Part shown: positions 27,339-42,400 of the stretch, piece after piece
Position numbering within the stretch: the stretch's first letter is position 1
Layout: the number at the start of each line of letters is the position of its first letter
Assembly: GCF_036588685.1 (NCBI RefSeq)
Contig: NC_086382.1
Coordinates: 73,718,001-73,782,000, forward strand
DNA length: 64,000 nucleotides
Origin: Mytilus trossulus
Taxonomy: Eukaryota
Direction: 5' to 3'
Notes under the pieces: generated by a model
The model's database searches: none
Told to the model about the DNA's origin: nothing
The model's input: only the letters and a program-made list of their open reading frames with translations
Made by a program: the position numbers and the translations under genes

Positions 27339-30300
27339 AACAATGTTCACCATTTTTGGAAATGTTATGTTGTATAAAATTGTTTGTTATTTATTTTATA
27401 TTGATTTTAACCATTTCATTTGTTTGCACCTGTCTGTAGTCAGAAACTTGATGCTCAGTGGTAGTCGAAAATGCCTGTACCAAATGACAGTTGCTTTGTA
27501 TGCATGTGTATGCTTTTGCCTTTGATATTTCCATTTCATAAGGGACTTTCTGATTAGAATTTCAAATGGAGTTCGGTATTTCCTTTTTTAATCTTTTGTT
27601 TGAAATCATGACTTGTGAATTGGTGTCATAAAAATAAAAATTGCAATATTGATGTTTACTTCGCAACTCGGTTTGTAAACTCCCATCAAAACGTTTAAAC
27701 CCGCTGCATGGGTTTGCACCTAGTCTTAGTCAGGAACCTGATGTTCAGTGGTTGTTGTTTGTTGGTTGATGTGTTTCTCTTTTTTCGGTTTTTATAAGAA
27801 TAAAACCGTTGGTTTTCCTGTATGATTGGTTTAACACTTGCAATTTTTGGAGTCCTTTATGGCTTGCTGTACAATGTGAGCCAAAGCTCCGTGTTGAAAA
27901 TCTTACTTTAACCTTTAACGTTTTACTTTCAGAATTGTGACTTGAGTGAGGATGCCTTATTGGAGCTCATAACACATCTTTTAATATCTATATAGTATTA
28001 CGCTCATACCTAGGAGCTTTGACAATACACGTGTAATTATGTATTTTGGCTTTGACATGTTAAGACTTTTTATTGTTCTTGTGAAAAAGGTGGTTTAAGA
28101 AAAGTGCTTCTGACGCTTAAAATTTTCATATATTTAATTTCGTTATTTAAAGTCTTAGAAAATCATTACAGATCGGTGAGAAACAAAAAGAGAGCTTCAT
28201 CTGATTGGCTCCGATTCATGGATTGCTTTAACTGGTAATTGTGTTTGTTTTCATATCGATTTCTATCTATATCTTCATCATTGAAAACGCTTAAAAATAC
28301 CCATTTAATGTTTTTACACACGATAATTTTTTTTAAATTACATACCTATTTTTCTACTTTTACCACAGATAATATACACATTGAAATAGTCTTATCCATT
28401 TCTGGTGAGAATTTTCGTTTTATGTTTAGAATTTTTAATAATCGTGATTTCCTACAATATGATCAATGTTCTAAACACCAGTGTATGACTTAAATAAAAC
28501 ATATGGGTACCGTTGTTTGAAATAGACTGCTATCCTGCTAATCACGTGTTTGTCGCTCATATATTGTTTAATATAATTGAACCAATGCCAGTGATTTTTC
28601 ATAAACGATTTTCGATATTTATAAAAGTTTTAACTGCTGTTTTGGTTAGTCCCAATACTATATACTTCACATAATGTTTCATTCACATTAAAAGTCATAT
28701 TGTTTTAGTGTTTTCCTTTCAACAAGTCTATAGGTTTTTGGCCATCACAACTATATGACGTCATGCGTTGTTTTAGTATAGGTATCGTTTAACTAGATTG
28801 TAATCAAATGAAAGAGCAACTGGGTCAATCTATGTTATTTTCCTTTTTTCTAAATCTCAGATGTATATCTCCTTGTATATGGAAAGAAAGCGGTATCTTG
28901 TAACTAAATTATCTTTCATCTTTTGATACTACGATACACGCAACGCAATTAAATATGAAAATTTATAAAAAAAAAAAAAAATGTTCACGCATTCAGAATC
29001 AAATCCAAGCTGTAGTAAAAACATATATATATACATTTTAAATAAAATAATCAATAATAAATAATGATAACGATATTTTCTCTCATTACTATGTTTTTTT
29101 TTATTACCTTCTTTGATGCTGATAAAGAACACAATTGATTTGTTTTATAGGGTTTTTTTCATTTTATATTTAACAATTGTTTTTTCTATTTCGCCAAAAT
29201 AATTCATTGATGATCATTTATCTTTCAATTTTTTGATTTGCCTTGTTAATATTTCAATATGTTTTTATTACTAAGATTTTTTATGCAAATACCATCTGTT
29301 TAAAGATTTCTAACACTATCCTTAGGTTAATAAGCATACACACAAAAAGATAGACAAAACTTAAAAATACAGCAATGAAAAACAAACAGTTCCTATGAAG
29401 GTTAGACACAAGAGGAACTGATAACTAAGTTTAAAAACGGGGGAATAATCTCATCAGGTACGGATTATAGATCTCTGCACTTAAACACGTGATGGGGTAT
29501 TAAGCAACACTGATTACAACAAAAGATCTAAAATAAGAATATGTAAACATCCCCTCGCATATCTAGCCATGTCATATCGTAAGAGAGAGGTGTTGTATTG
29601 ATAGAATTACATACTGTTACTTTTTTTTCATTCCTTATGTATAGTTTTAGGTCTGTTTCTAATAGAATACTATATTTTAGGGAAATCATAGTTAGTATTT
29701 AAACTTTAAGTTTTAGTTACAATAACACACCAGGAAGTTGGAGTTCGTATTACAAGCATGTGACTGCATACACTGGAATACGTGATTTTGTCACTAAAAG
29801 TAATCTCACAAAAATAATTATGAACATCATAACTGTTGGACTATTTTGGAACTTAATATCCTTAAAAGAAGGTCAGTTTGCAAATTTGTAAAAAGACCAC
29901 TGTTAAAGGCAAGACTTGTGCCTTCCAAAAAAAGGAAAATCACAAGACTATTGAACTCCGAGGAAAATTCCAAACGGATAGTCCATAATCAAATGGCAAA
30001 ATCAATTGATAAAACACATCAAATGTATAGACAACAACTGCCAAATTCCTGACTTGGTACAGGCATTTTTAAATGTAGAAAATGGTGGATTGAACCTGGT
30101 TTTATAGCGCTAAACCTCTCACTTGCATGAATGTTGCATCACATGCTGTTACTTCCCAAGTATTACAAAAGTTGAATCTTAAGATTGTATTGGATAAAAA
30201 TATGTGCAACATCTAACAAACTCTAAAAATAAAAGAAATGTCACCATCTTTATAGATAGTGAGTCATGCTAGCTATTTTCTGATTTCTCATTACTTCCCG

Positions 30301-30795
30301 TATGAACAAGGAGATGTGGTAGGATTGACAATGAGACAACTATCTACAAAACATCAAAGTCACATATAGATTGTATGAAATCAATTAAAATATATAATGG
30401 AACAAGTTGGCAAGATGACGAGTACAGTGTGTTCCTATGATTCCAAATTTGTTGAAATACACGTCCTGCATACGAACACATCTTGTTTCCAGTAAAGAAA
30501 TCATATATATTCGTATACATCTTACAGAGAATGTTCTGTTCAAATCAACAAACAAACGAATCAAACCGTGTAAGGCAAAGTAGAATGACATCCACACCCA
30601 ATATTGTATGTTTAACTTAGAAAAGCTCAAAGTAAATCGATGATTAATTATATACTTTAAAGATGATGACAGATACAAATGTCTCAACTTTAAACCCTCA
30701 ACTCTAGATTGTTTATGATAAACAGTTATCTTACATGTTTTATTCGTCAAATATAAGGCATGTACGTTAAGATCAATATTTATTTACTCTTGCAG

Positions 30796-31508
30796 TTCAA
30801 AGTAAAGGAAATAAGACGGAATGTATCGAGGAAAATGCACATGTTAATTGCAGATTTGTGAATTCCTGCAAAACAAAGTTTTGGTTACCGTTTGCCGTGT
30901 CTATAACCTCAATTATCATGTTTGCCATATTATTAACCGTCGTATTCGTTCGATATAGATATGCTGTTGAGTACTTTTTATTGAAATTCAAAATGAAAAT
31001 AAGAAATTATAAAGAATTAAACCATGAATATACTTATGATGCTTTTATATCATATAGTCATGCAGATACGCAATGGATTAAACAGTTCCATGACAATGTT
31101 ACCGGTATGGGTTTCGATTTATGTCTAGATACCAAGGACTTTACCTGTGGTCCTGGTATTGCAGAAAATATTATAAATGCAATCGAATCCAGCAGAAAGG
31201 TGATATTTATTATAACTCACAATTTCTTAAAGAGTACTTGGGGATCGTATGAAATGGAAATGACCCGCATGCATGCTTTTCAGAAGGGAAGAGAAGACAT
31301 GGTAATTGTTGTTGTAAAGGATGAGATAAAGGTATCCGATATGCCGGAAGTATTAAAGTGTATGTGGTTTAAAATTACATGTATTCAATGGCCGAACGAT
31401 GACAACCTGCCTTACAATACGAAAGAAATATTTTATGAAAAGATAAAAATGTCTCTCCAAAGGAGGGAGGATACTACTTTACTGTATTCTAGAAATTCAG
31501 CTGTATAG
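30796..31508 (+). CDS. TLR-C: LRR-less Toll-like receptor (LRRNT cap fused in frame to end of LRRCT, TM, intact TIR)
   Basis: Phase-1 acceptor ttactcttgcag|30796; reads QSKGNKTECIEENAHVNC-R-FVNSCKTKFWLPFAVS...TIR...YSRNSAV*; 566 codons missing relative to TLR-D; exon 1 uncertain. Confidence 0.8.
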
Positions 31509-31747
31509 AGCCTTTGCCATCATTTCAGAAATATAAACTAATGATAAGTCCTACTTTTATAAGTTGGAGTCAAAAGTACGATTTCCTGCAAAGCTTATTG
31601 ACTACATTAGTTTTGGATTAACAGTGATTAAAATATTCCAATGAGACTAAAAAAGGATTTTTGTTGTTGTGATAAATGATAATTTTACCTGACGTAGACG
31701 TGTGAAAAATTAATTTCGAAATTTTACTTCCAAAAATTACTTGTGTA

Positions 31748-33058
31748 ATGCCCGCGTCACACTGTCCCGATTTTTATATACGATGAACACCCGAATGCGA
31801 TAATTGTAAGTTCGTACGAAGTTGGTCCCGATCTCGTTAAAATACCAAAAAGTGACCGAAGCAAGTACGATGAATAACGAAGTCTATACGATGGTGCCGA
31901 AATTATATACGATAGCAAAAGACGGACATACGAAGGTTAACCGAAGACGAGTATTTAAGCTTCATATCTCAGCCGAATCCTACAAGATGGATCACGAAGG
32001 TTTCACGATGGACCACGAAGGCTACACGATGGATTAAGATGATGGCGCGATGACCATACGTTATTTCTAGTTACTGAATGTTTTGGTCGATTTCTAAAAA
32101 TATAGTTTATGTATCAAATATGCATATTCAATGATATGGGGAAAGCAGTAAATGCGGCAAAATATGACATATCGAAAACAAAATGGTTATGGAGTACACT
32201 TTCGTGTGACAACAACTCAGACGATACATAAAAAATCAGAATAATGAAGAAAACGTTGGTTTCCCAATATACGTGTACCTGCAGTGTTGGTGTACGAGGC
32301 GCGTTTATGATTTTCATTATATTACTTGATATGAAAAATTGACAAAAAAATGATATTTTAATTGAAAAAGTAAATCCTGAGCCTGTAATAGCTGCTCTTC
32401 TTGTTCCATTTGAATTAATAGAAACAACGCTGTCGCCTTTCTTGTTCTCATAGAATTATATGAAATAAGCTCCATGTTTTGTGAATGACTTTCTTATCTT
32501 TCGTATTAGACCGACAAGTGCATATCGAGCATGGCACTTTAAATGCATTTCAGAGCGAAAATTAACTCAAATTTAACTGGATTTATTGACGTCGTAGTTC
32601 CATCTTGTCGCCTTCGTACTTTTATTCGATGGCAACACGACGGGTTTACGAGGTCTTCACGAAGTCGTGTTGCCATTGTAAGACCTTCGGGTATCTTCGT
32701 GATTCATTCATGTAGACATCATAATGTCAAAACTGCCCGGTGGAAACGATGGAAACACGATTGCAATACGATGTTCAAAGATGCATTCCCGGTGACATAA
32801 CGATGGTGAGGATGGTGATACGAACTCAATACTTATCCTCATCGTCGGACGTACCTTCGAGGATTTTTTAACATGTTAAAAAACTTAGAACCCTTCCCGA
32901 AGTTGTCCCCGAAGGCTAGAAAAAGTGGCAGATGGTTCTACGATGGTTAAAGATGGCACTACGAATAGCCTGATCTGGATACGATCAGTCCCGATTTTGA
33001 AAATTTCCATAATCGTGTTGCCATCGGCGTAAAAATCGGGACAGTGTGACGCGGGCAT
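31748..33058. mobile_element. 1.3-kb non-autonomous DNA transposon with 29-bp perfect TIRs and TA target duplication
   Basis: TA|atgcccgcgtcacactgtcccgattttta ... taaaaatcgggacagtgtgacgcgggcat|TA; ACGAT/ACGAA-rich subterminal repeats; no transposase. Confidence 0.9.
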
Positions 33059-36000
33059 TATGAAATATAACGTCTCATTTGTGAACTTTCTCTTTTTTCT
33101 TCGCCATAGGCTTTTAAAAATAATCTATGTACTGTGTATTCGGAAAATTTTGTGAAAAAGAAGAAGTCGCAATTTTCACCTTTCATATGTTTACTTTCAT
33201 TGATAAAAAAAAAAAAAAAAATATCGACTCCTCCAGTGTCCAGTTTGAAGATTATTTAGTTACTGTTCACATTCATCCACGTTCTGATTATTCAATAGTC
33301 ATGTATGACAAGCATAAACATATAATTGTTTAATTTTATAAACTGTGACTTGGATGAAGAGTTGTCTCATTGGCACTCATACAACATCTTCTTATATCTA
33401 TTATCTTTGTCATATTATTATGACTGCATTTTTTTGTTCTGCATTCCTGTCACATAGTTTGTAATTTTAGCTAGTTTAACATTACCATATAAGTGAGAGT
33501 TTGGCTAGCCATACAATCAGATGCAACCCCCCCCCCCCCCCCCCATGTTTCCGTAAAATTTTTAAATGTGGCAGATGTAACCTATAGTTTGTTTCTATAT
33601 ATTTTGCGGTTGCTTTTGATTTAGTTCAGTGTTTCTGTTGTCCGTTGTTTCCATCTTTTTTTATGTGTTTCCCTCGGTTTGATTTTTTATGCGGATTTGT
33701 TTTTGCGTTTAATACATAAACAATGTTATTTAATTTCACATGTTATATCATTCAAAAAAACTGATTAAAAAGAACGTATCATTTGGAGATTATACCTAGC
33801 GTAACATCTTAATAATTTGCTCATATTGGTAGTTTAGCAATTTTTCATCTTTAAAAAGCAAAAGATTTGAATATATTTAGTAAATATGTTTGTGTAAATT
33901 CAGAAATATCAATACTGACCTGATTAATCAAGGATGAAAAATCTAGATAATTGTAAGAGAGATAAATTCAAGGTACAATTAGTGTTCCTGGACATACCTC
34001 TCCTACCTGCGTGTATTGGAAATCATTCTGGTTTATCTCTATTTTTGAATCAATTTAATAAACCTTTTGACCGGTAAATTTAACTTATAGTTGGCATATA
34101 TTTTGGAAACTTATTGGTATTTTATTTTGAGATCATAAAGGGTGATTTTTTCTTATCAAATGGAAAAAATATAAAAATGGTACGAATGCTACCTTAGTGA
34201 CAATCATAGTTAAAAAGATACTGACAACGCCATATTTAAAGTAATAACATCAATAGACAAATGATAGTTAAGAAAACAGAACGTAAAATAATTAAGACTG
34301 AACAACACGAACCCCACAAAAGACTGGGGTGATCTCAGGTTCTCTGAAAGAGTAGGCAAACCTTCTTAAAGGCGGCACCAGAAGTATTACTTCATTGTAC
34401 TTATGTTAGTACAAACCCAGAAATAAATATATATTGGTAGATCACATCCGGGAATAGGGAACTGGATTGTAGTTTCGACATAAAGAATAGTTATCAAAAG
34501 TACCAGAATTATAATTTAGTACGCCAGACGCTAGTATCTGTGAAAGGTAGTTGTGATAAACCAAATGGTTTTTCTAATGTGGGAAAAAATATTTGAGAAA
34601 CATTTAAATTCTAGATTTGTGATTTTACTTTTCCCTTGGTCGGATTAAAAATATGCCTCTTTGAGAAGCGTCAGAACTATGTTATTTTTCTCCAACACGA
34701 TTTTAGAAGATACGACTTATTTTCTATGTTTCCAATGTTTGTTTCCAGGATTTTGTCTTGCTTTATCCAATTATGACTATTGAACAGCGGCATACTTGTT
34801 TTGCCTTTATTTGAGACTTTTTCATTTTTTACGAGAGAGAAAAAACAACATTAACTTTCAACTCAATCATTTCTTCGGTTTCAAAGGTATTTCATATTTT
34901 GTTTTATATTATCAATCCTAAAACATTCGGTTTTATATTTACTGACTTTATTGAATGTGACTGCTTATCTGAGTTTTTGTTTAAATGAATGCAAAAATAA
35001 GCAAAGTAATATACAAACTCCTACTATACAGACAATAAAGAGTAAGGAATAAAACAATAAGTTTTTGGATATGAACGTAATAAAATATAATAATAAAATA
35101 AAGATTATAGAAGCACTGACAACAAGATTTCATATATGGTTCGTGTTTTAATGCGTGCGAAAATGAAATATAAAGTAAAACCTAGCACTCGTGAACATAA
35201 GTCTTAATTTTCTACTTAATCCATTTGAGTGTATTTGTTAAAACAAGATGGTATAGACTCGGTGAGATTAAGTGCTTGACATATTATGTAGACCTCTGTC
35301 ACTGTCGTATCGATATAGTGAAGTTTGTATTATAGTTAGCTGAATATATCCTCAGCCTATACTCAACAATCTCTTCTTTATTGAGGCCTTATTTGGTTAA
35401 GACAAAACATCAGATATATAGTTTGCTAGACAAAAATAATTTAGAAATGTTTCTGTATCCACATTCTATGTTTTACAACCTTAGTAGTCGACGCTTTTTG
35501 AACCATTGTACTGTCGATGCTGCTTAGGACTAATGTAAATCCTAAACAAATTCTAGTATCTAATGAGTCTGAAACAGAAGCAACGCGTGTTCAGTTTTTT
35601 CAAATGAGCTATGGCGTTACCAACTATATAATTGAGAGCCATAAAATGTTCAGAACACGATTAAAATAAATATGTTCTGGTTTTGTCGCTTCTTTTCCTA
35701 TTACTCAATTTTCGTAGAACCGGAAAATGTTGCACTTAAAAACAAAAAAAGGTCAAAGGTTAATGGCGGAGTTTTCCATTAGTGTTAAACAATTTCACAA
35801 GAGGTTATAACGAGTCAGCAGATAATACCTGTTTTGTTCACTTAACAAGACATCATTGATGGAATAAACTGTAACAGTTCATTTTCAACTCAATTTGTTA
35901 ATGATAAAAGCATAAAATGCCCATTTGCAAGGGAATTCTGACTAGAAAGTAAAAAAGAAAGCATCGACAAAACTGATATTCAAGGGAAAAATAACTACAT

Positions 36001-38531
36001 TCTTTACAAAATTAATAAGCAAAAGCTCTTATTGTTTTTTTGTTAAAGTATTTACATTAAGGAAGATGAATTATTCATGTGCATCTTAAACACATCGATT
36101 ACAATAGTACGATACATGTAAAACGTTATATGAATGCGGAAGATACCTGTCCAGTAGTTTTTGAAAACGCATTTAAAGGTACATTAATATTATGCAAGTT
36201 TGGTGTACATCATATTCATCAGGGAGTAAAATAATTTTACTAGCCAATAAAACCAGGAAGATCAGTTGAAGTAATTCAATACAAAATTACATAATATACG
36301 TAGCAAGTTAATTGTAGATTTAAGTAAAGAATATAAGCCTTATATCTTACTATAAAACATTGTTTAACACTTAAAAAAAAACAAAAAAAAACAAATAACA
36401 ATTTTTTTTAAGATTTCTTTCTTCAAGGGAGTAAATTGTTTAATGAATAAACTTTATTTACATTATCCTTCATGCTAGGCTCTTTAAACAGTAGCTCAAC
36501 ATAAACAATAGACAAAATAAAGTACAGTTGAAAGTAAAAAAAAACATTCATTGTTTCATGTACATGAAGACACAGCGTATTGGTATCTGTAATTTTGCGT
36601 TCGCCAGGAAAACTTTATACATTTTACGTTAATACCTTTACATGCGTTTTGTGTCTCAAAATGGAAAAAGACGATGAAATTATATTCTAAATGCAAAAAT
36701 GTCTTTATAAGTTATTCTGTTGTTTCAAACTCTTGATTAAAATCAAATGTGTATTCAGGTAAATTCGATTTCAGTGTGGATAACAAAAAAGATATGGTTA
36801 TAGCAGCTCATAATGACAAGTTGTATAAAATGTAGTCCATTTTTATAACTCCCTTATTTCTGCTGGGATTTATCTCCAATTGGATGATTGACAAACAAGA
36901 TCAGACATTGAGGAAAAATAAAAGCTATACACTATATTTTTTTTTCTCAAATTGAAGGTTGTACGGATGCCTATAATTGCTTTCATCCACTTAATTTAAG
37001 CGTTGGTGGATAGCTGGATAACATATACATTTTATTCAGTGAACATAAGGACATCCAAACTGTTGCCTACAAGTCAAGTGTGCGAACTTTTTCTAAATGG
37101 CTAATTTTCGTTATCAAGCCTATACTTTTGTCTGAACAAAAGTCTTTAATTTGTAGAAATTTAGATGAAATTTACTATTTTTTAATTGTTGGCTTTCAGA
37201 CAACAGTTTGCCAGCATTTTGTCCGTCTGCAGTTACCACAGCGTGACCAATCTCATCAAAGCCGTTGATCGCAATAAGAAAGTGCGGAGAGGAAAACAAA
37301 ATTGGCAGAGAGAGTCAACAAATGCTAACATTGCTAAGTCATCAAAATAAACAATATATTATTGTAATTGTTAAACACATGCTTACCTCAGTATCCACTC
37401 TTCTTTGGTGCTTGTTTAGAGAGTGTACAATCGGTAAACGTCGGCTTCAAAACATGACCTTTAATACGCTAAGCGAGGGAAATATTTGTTTGATGATTAT
37501 ATGATATGAATGCGTAAAAAAAATAAAATCATGCACAGTTATAAGTAGTTGTTATATGCATAAACTGGTTCAAGAATTGGATTAACATTGTTTTCCACCA
37601 GTCACTGATTTCAAATGACTTAAGAACGCATCAGTGTGCTCTGATGACGGTAACGATGACAGATTTTGGATGAATATGTGTTTAAAAGTTATTATTGAAA
37701 GTCTCTTTTGAATAAAACTATTTTGTATACTATTGACCTGCATTGTTGGCACACACAAATATGTTTTTTGTTGGCGCAAATGAAAGATTATTGTGGCTCA
37801 AAGAAAATTCCAATTGGCGCAAAAACATCCCGTATCCATCGTCGTCTGTTGCTTTATATTCCTATTCAAAGCAAAACTATCGGATTTACAACGTCAAATT
37901 ATAAAAACGATTGTAGTCCCCTAGTTTTATCACATTTAACACATTTTGTCTGATGCTTGGTCCGTTTCTGTGTGTGTTGCGTTTCGGTGTGATGTCGTTG
38001 TTCTCCTCTTATATTTAATGCGTTTCCCTCGGTTTAAGTTACCCCGATTTAGTTTTTTGTCCATGGATTTTTGAACAGCGGTATACTACTGTTGCCTTTA
38101 TTCATGAAGCAAGTTCTTGATTTTCATTTTGTACACAGGGCGAGGTTTAGATTATTGATTGTATATTATGTACAAGGAACAATATATGACTTGCACATCA
38201 TCACGTGGTAAAACATCTACTTTAGATAAATGATTTTCTCTTTATTATTATCATACAACTATTTTAGTTGTGGTCATTGTATTTTGGCATGATATATCAG
38301 GCGTTAGAAGCATTATTTTGGTTGTTTTTTTAATTGTAGCTGGAAATGATGTAAGGACGAATAAGAGCAACACCATAGGTCGATTTTGATATCAAAAGAC
38401 GGACTAGGATTTCTCTGTTGAATAAAGAAATACCTAAAAGTTACAAAGACAAAGTAACAACGAGCAACAACCCAAAACATGAGAAAAATGGCTGTAAAAG
38501 AAGTATTGCCAGTGTTAAAATACTATCCAAA

Positions 38532-38581
38532 GCGTCACTGATGAGTCTTACATGTATGTAGACGAAACGCGCGTCTAGCGT
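38532..38581 (+). ncRNA. Type I hammerhead ribozyme motif with expanded loop II, ~0.9 kb upstream of the TLR-D ATG
   Basis: gcgtca-CTGATGA-GTCT-tacatgtatgt-AGAC-GAAA-CGCGCG-TC-tagcgt. Confidence 0.7.
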
Positions 38582-39491
38582 ACAAAATTATAATCATGGT
38601 ACCTTTGATAACTATTATTTGTTTTTCTCAAGTAACTATATTGATGAGTTACAATTATTGAATTGAAGGCGACTGTCAAACAAGTGAGAGATTACGCTAG
38701 CTATCAAACCAGGTTTAAGCCAACATTTTCTACATAAGAAAATGTCTTTACTAAGTCAGGAATATGACAGTTGTTATCAATTCGTTTGATGTGTTTGTCC
38801 AGTATTTTTTTTCTAAAGTTCTAGTATGTTTAAGGTCAAACACAACCAGTGTTAGAGTTTCTGACTCAGTCAAATGTGTCTAACCATCTTAGGTTTTATA
38901 AGCATGAATGCATATAAGCAAAGTTCAAGCAAATAAAACAAACAACAACATTACATACAGACAGAAACAAAACCAAAACGTTTCCAAAAGGTTTTGAACA
39001 ATGAAACGATAGGAGTCTGTTAAAAAGTAAGAGTTTAGTTAGAGAACACGAACATAGATTTTGGATTATAAAACATAAGTGTTATTTACGCCTCTTTACA
39101 GCGCTGTTAGTGGAATTTTAATAACCTGTATCAAGAATACGTAACCGTACACTACAGCTATCACAATTAGTTTGCTTTGTTATTATTCTTTTACGGGGTG
39201 TTGAATGTAGATCAAATTACTGTGCTATAACGTTTTGAATTTAATATGTACAATTGAAAAAAACACAGTATTAATTGTAATTCAATCTTACAAGATGAAC
39301 AATGCATGAATGGTGTCCTTTTGCATTTAGAAAAAAAAACTCAATGATAACACTGTCTACCTATAAAGCACAGGCTCTAAATACACACAAGGAAGCAAAT
39401 TGATATGTAACAGACACCAGTCTGCATACAAAACAGAGATATAAATATCTGTTTACTGAAATAATCTCAAGCACTTGAAGAGGGAAGAACC

Positions 39492-42400
39492 ATGCACATT
39501 ATTAAAATCATATTCCTTTGGATCGTAACAGCCTTACAAGAATGTAAGTTATTTCATTTGTTTTTATTTATTACTATATTTCCAGTGGCTATTCAGTAGG
39601 ACATTGATGACTGTTTAAGGTCAAGACAATACACATTTCCACTGATATATGCGATGTATTCAAAAGTTCACATAACACTCACACTTAAACTCTTCTCATC
39701 ATGCTTGGTGATCAAAATAACACAATTTGTCTATGATTGTTGATTATGCAATGTTTGGTGATTGTCTTCGCATTTTCAAGGTTAAATATATTTGTATTAA
39801 TGTGGTTTTTATATGTGACTAACACACAGGAGCTAGCAGTTATTATTTTTACGATGTATACTCGTATAGATTAAATGGTTACCAGATTGAATGCTCTATG
39901 TTCTACATTGATCCATATCAGGTTTTTTTTTATTTTTAAAGGGGCACTAGCTATGAGATATGTTAAACATTCCAATTACGAGTTTTGTTTTGTTCTATTA
40001 TCAATAAAAGACTTATAGTGAAATAATACTTTGCCTTAGCAGCCAGTATGGTTTATTTTTGTCAAATTAAGCTAAAACATTGATGATGATTTATTTACTT
40101 GCGAGAAAATAATTTGAGCTTATTGAATTCGTATTCATGTCAACTTAAATGTTACCCCTTAGCTAGAGATGGTTAATTAATGCATTGGTCGTGTTAGGTT
40201 ATTTATAGGGAAAGAATGTCAACATTGAAAAGTGAAACAAAGGTAAATCATATGATTGACTGATTTGATCCACAAAAAATCTTTGTTATACAGGTAATAA
40301 CGATGATTAAGACATATTTTTAATCTATAATATGAAATGAAACATCCCTAGAAAAATCCAATGGACGAGTTTGCTTCTATGTATATCTACATTGATGTTC
40401 ATATCGCTTATATGAATCGGAGGTCAATTCTGTAGTTTATTAGAAGCTGTATCATTTGAATTACACACGAAACGAAGCTACGCATTATCGAGGCAATGCC
40501 CTTTAACTTGTTTGTTGTAGACATTTTATAACTTGAATGAATGTATTACCGGGTTAAAAATTCAAATATTATTATTTGAGTCAAATCGGTTAACAAATAT
40601 TTGAAAGTAAATGCCGCTTAAATCAATACGAAAGAGGTGTTTCAAATTTTCTTTTTGGTTTATCTGAAGGATTTTGATAAACTTTTATTTGAATAAGGTT
40701 TGTATAGATCTTTGATTCAACTAGTCTTGACATCAAAAATTATATTAATACTTATATTTTTGCAGCTAAAGGTTATAGTAATGAAACGAAATGCAGCGTT
40801 CAAAGCACCAATGTTAATTGCTGCAATTTAGCCTTGACCACAATACCAAAGCACTTACCAGTAAACGCGACGAATCTGGACTTAAGTAGAAACAGCATCA
40901 AAATAGTCAAAGGCTTTACCTTTCAGTCTTTGCGATATCTCACCGACCTTAATTTATTTAGAAATGGGATACAGGTAATCGAGAAAAATGCTTTCCATGG
41001 ATTACATCGTCTACGGAGTCTACATCTTAGTTCCAATTCTATAGAATTATTTCCCGACGGCATGTTTGACAGACTGAATGGTTTACAAGAGTTGTCAATT
41101 GAATGCAATAAACTACAATACTTACAAGATAATGACATAACAAAAATATTAAACATGTTAAAGATCGTGTCACTGAGGAAATTTTCATTTGACATATATC
41201 CAGATTTCAAATTTCCCAGTCAATTAGGGCCGTTAAGTAAGTTGACAGATTTGGGGATTTTCGCTAGGTCGGCTAAAGTACAATTCAATAAGGCAATGTT
41301 TTCTCATGTTAATTTACTGCAAATACTGTCTCTATCCATAGATGTTGTACCGTTCATATCGGATGATTTTTTCGAACATTTTCCTAAATTAGATTCAATA
41401 ACACTTTCGATAGGTATTGATTTACCTAAAAATCCGATAGACCAAGTATTCAAATCTTTTGGAGTTTTCCGAGGAAGAAACCTGACGAGCATTAATATAA
41501 ATACTGGGAGATTTGATAATGGGTTTATTTTAAATTACAAGAGAATGAGGTATTTATGGTCAATTTGTTTGAAACGACTGACATTGGATAATCTCTACAT
41601 TAAAGACATACTCATTTATGCGATGCAAGTTTTTTCTATCAAAAGCACATGTCTTGAGTACCTGGAAATTTCTGAAAATACCATCTTCGATCGAGGAGGT
41701 TCTTTACTTTCAGTTATGAAAAACTTAAAAAATTTGAAAGTATTGAAACTTAAAAGAAATTCGCGTAGTTCGAGAAGTAAACGCTCACAACAACCAAGCT
41801 TATTTAGTTTCGTGCTTCCAAAATCTCTTGAAGAATTGTATATAGAGCATAACATGGCGGGTGATATGACCGATGTTGAATTTATAAACGGTATCAATCT
41901 TCGTGTGCTAAGCCTGAAGGACAATGAAATGTGGTCATGCATTGGAACTTTTACAGGAATTATAAATGTTGAATATTTTGACATGTCTGGATGGAGATGC
42001 GAAAAGCTGTCAATAAATTTGCTATATGGTTTTCCAAATTTAAAGACATTGAAAGCCAGTGGGTCACATCTAGGAAAAGGATTTGTAAACCTTACTGGAG
42101 GTGGGTCTTTTTTTAGTAAGAATCTGAGATTGCAAGATATTAATCTTTCGTTTAATAGAATAAACAGTATACCAGAAGGACTACTTCTGCGCCGGTTTGA
42201 GCAATTATCATCAGTAAACATGTCATATAACAATCTTACAATATTTCCTAAATTTCATGCAAGCATCAAAACATTGAAAATAATTGATTTGACCTTTAAC
42301 AGTATTACACACTTCAATAACGAAGACATTGAACACATTGAAAAGCTTGGAGAAGTTGATATACTCTTGAGAGGTAATCCCTTTCAATGTTCCTGTAAAA

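Noticed and set aside
30266-30299. Candidate TLR-C exon 1 MLAIF*FLITS-C|gtatga with an in-frame TGA, and possible Sec readthrough
   Set aside because: Exon identity is unproven, and the only SECIS is on the opposite strand 16 kb away; if the exon is real, the TGA would instead make C a pseudogene
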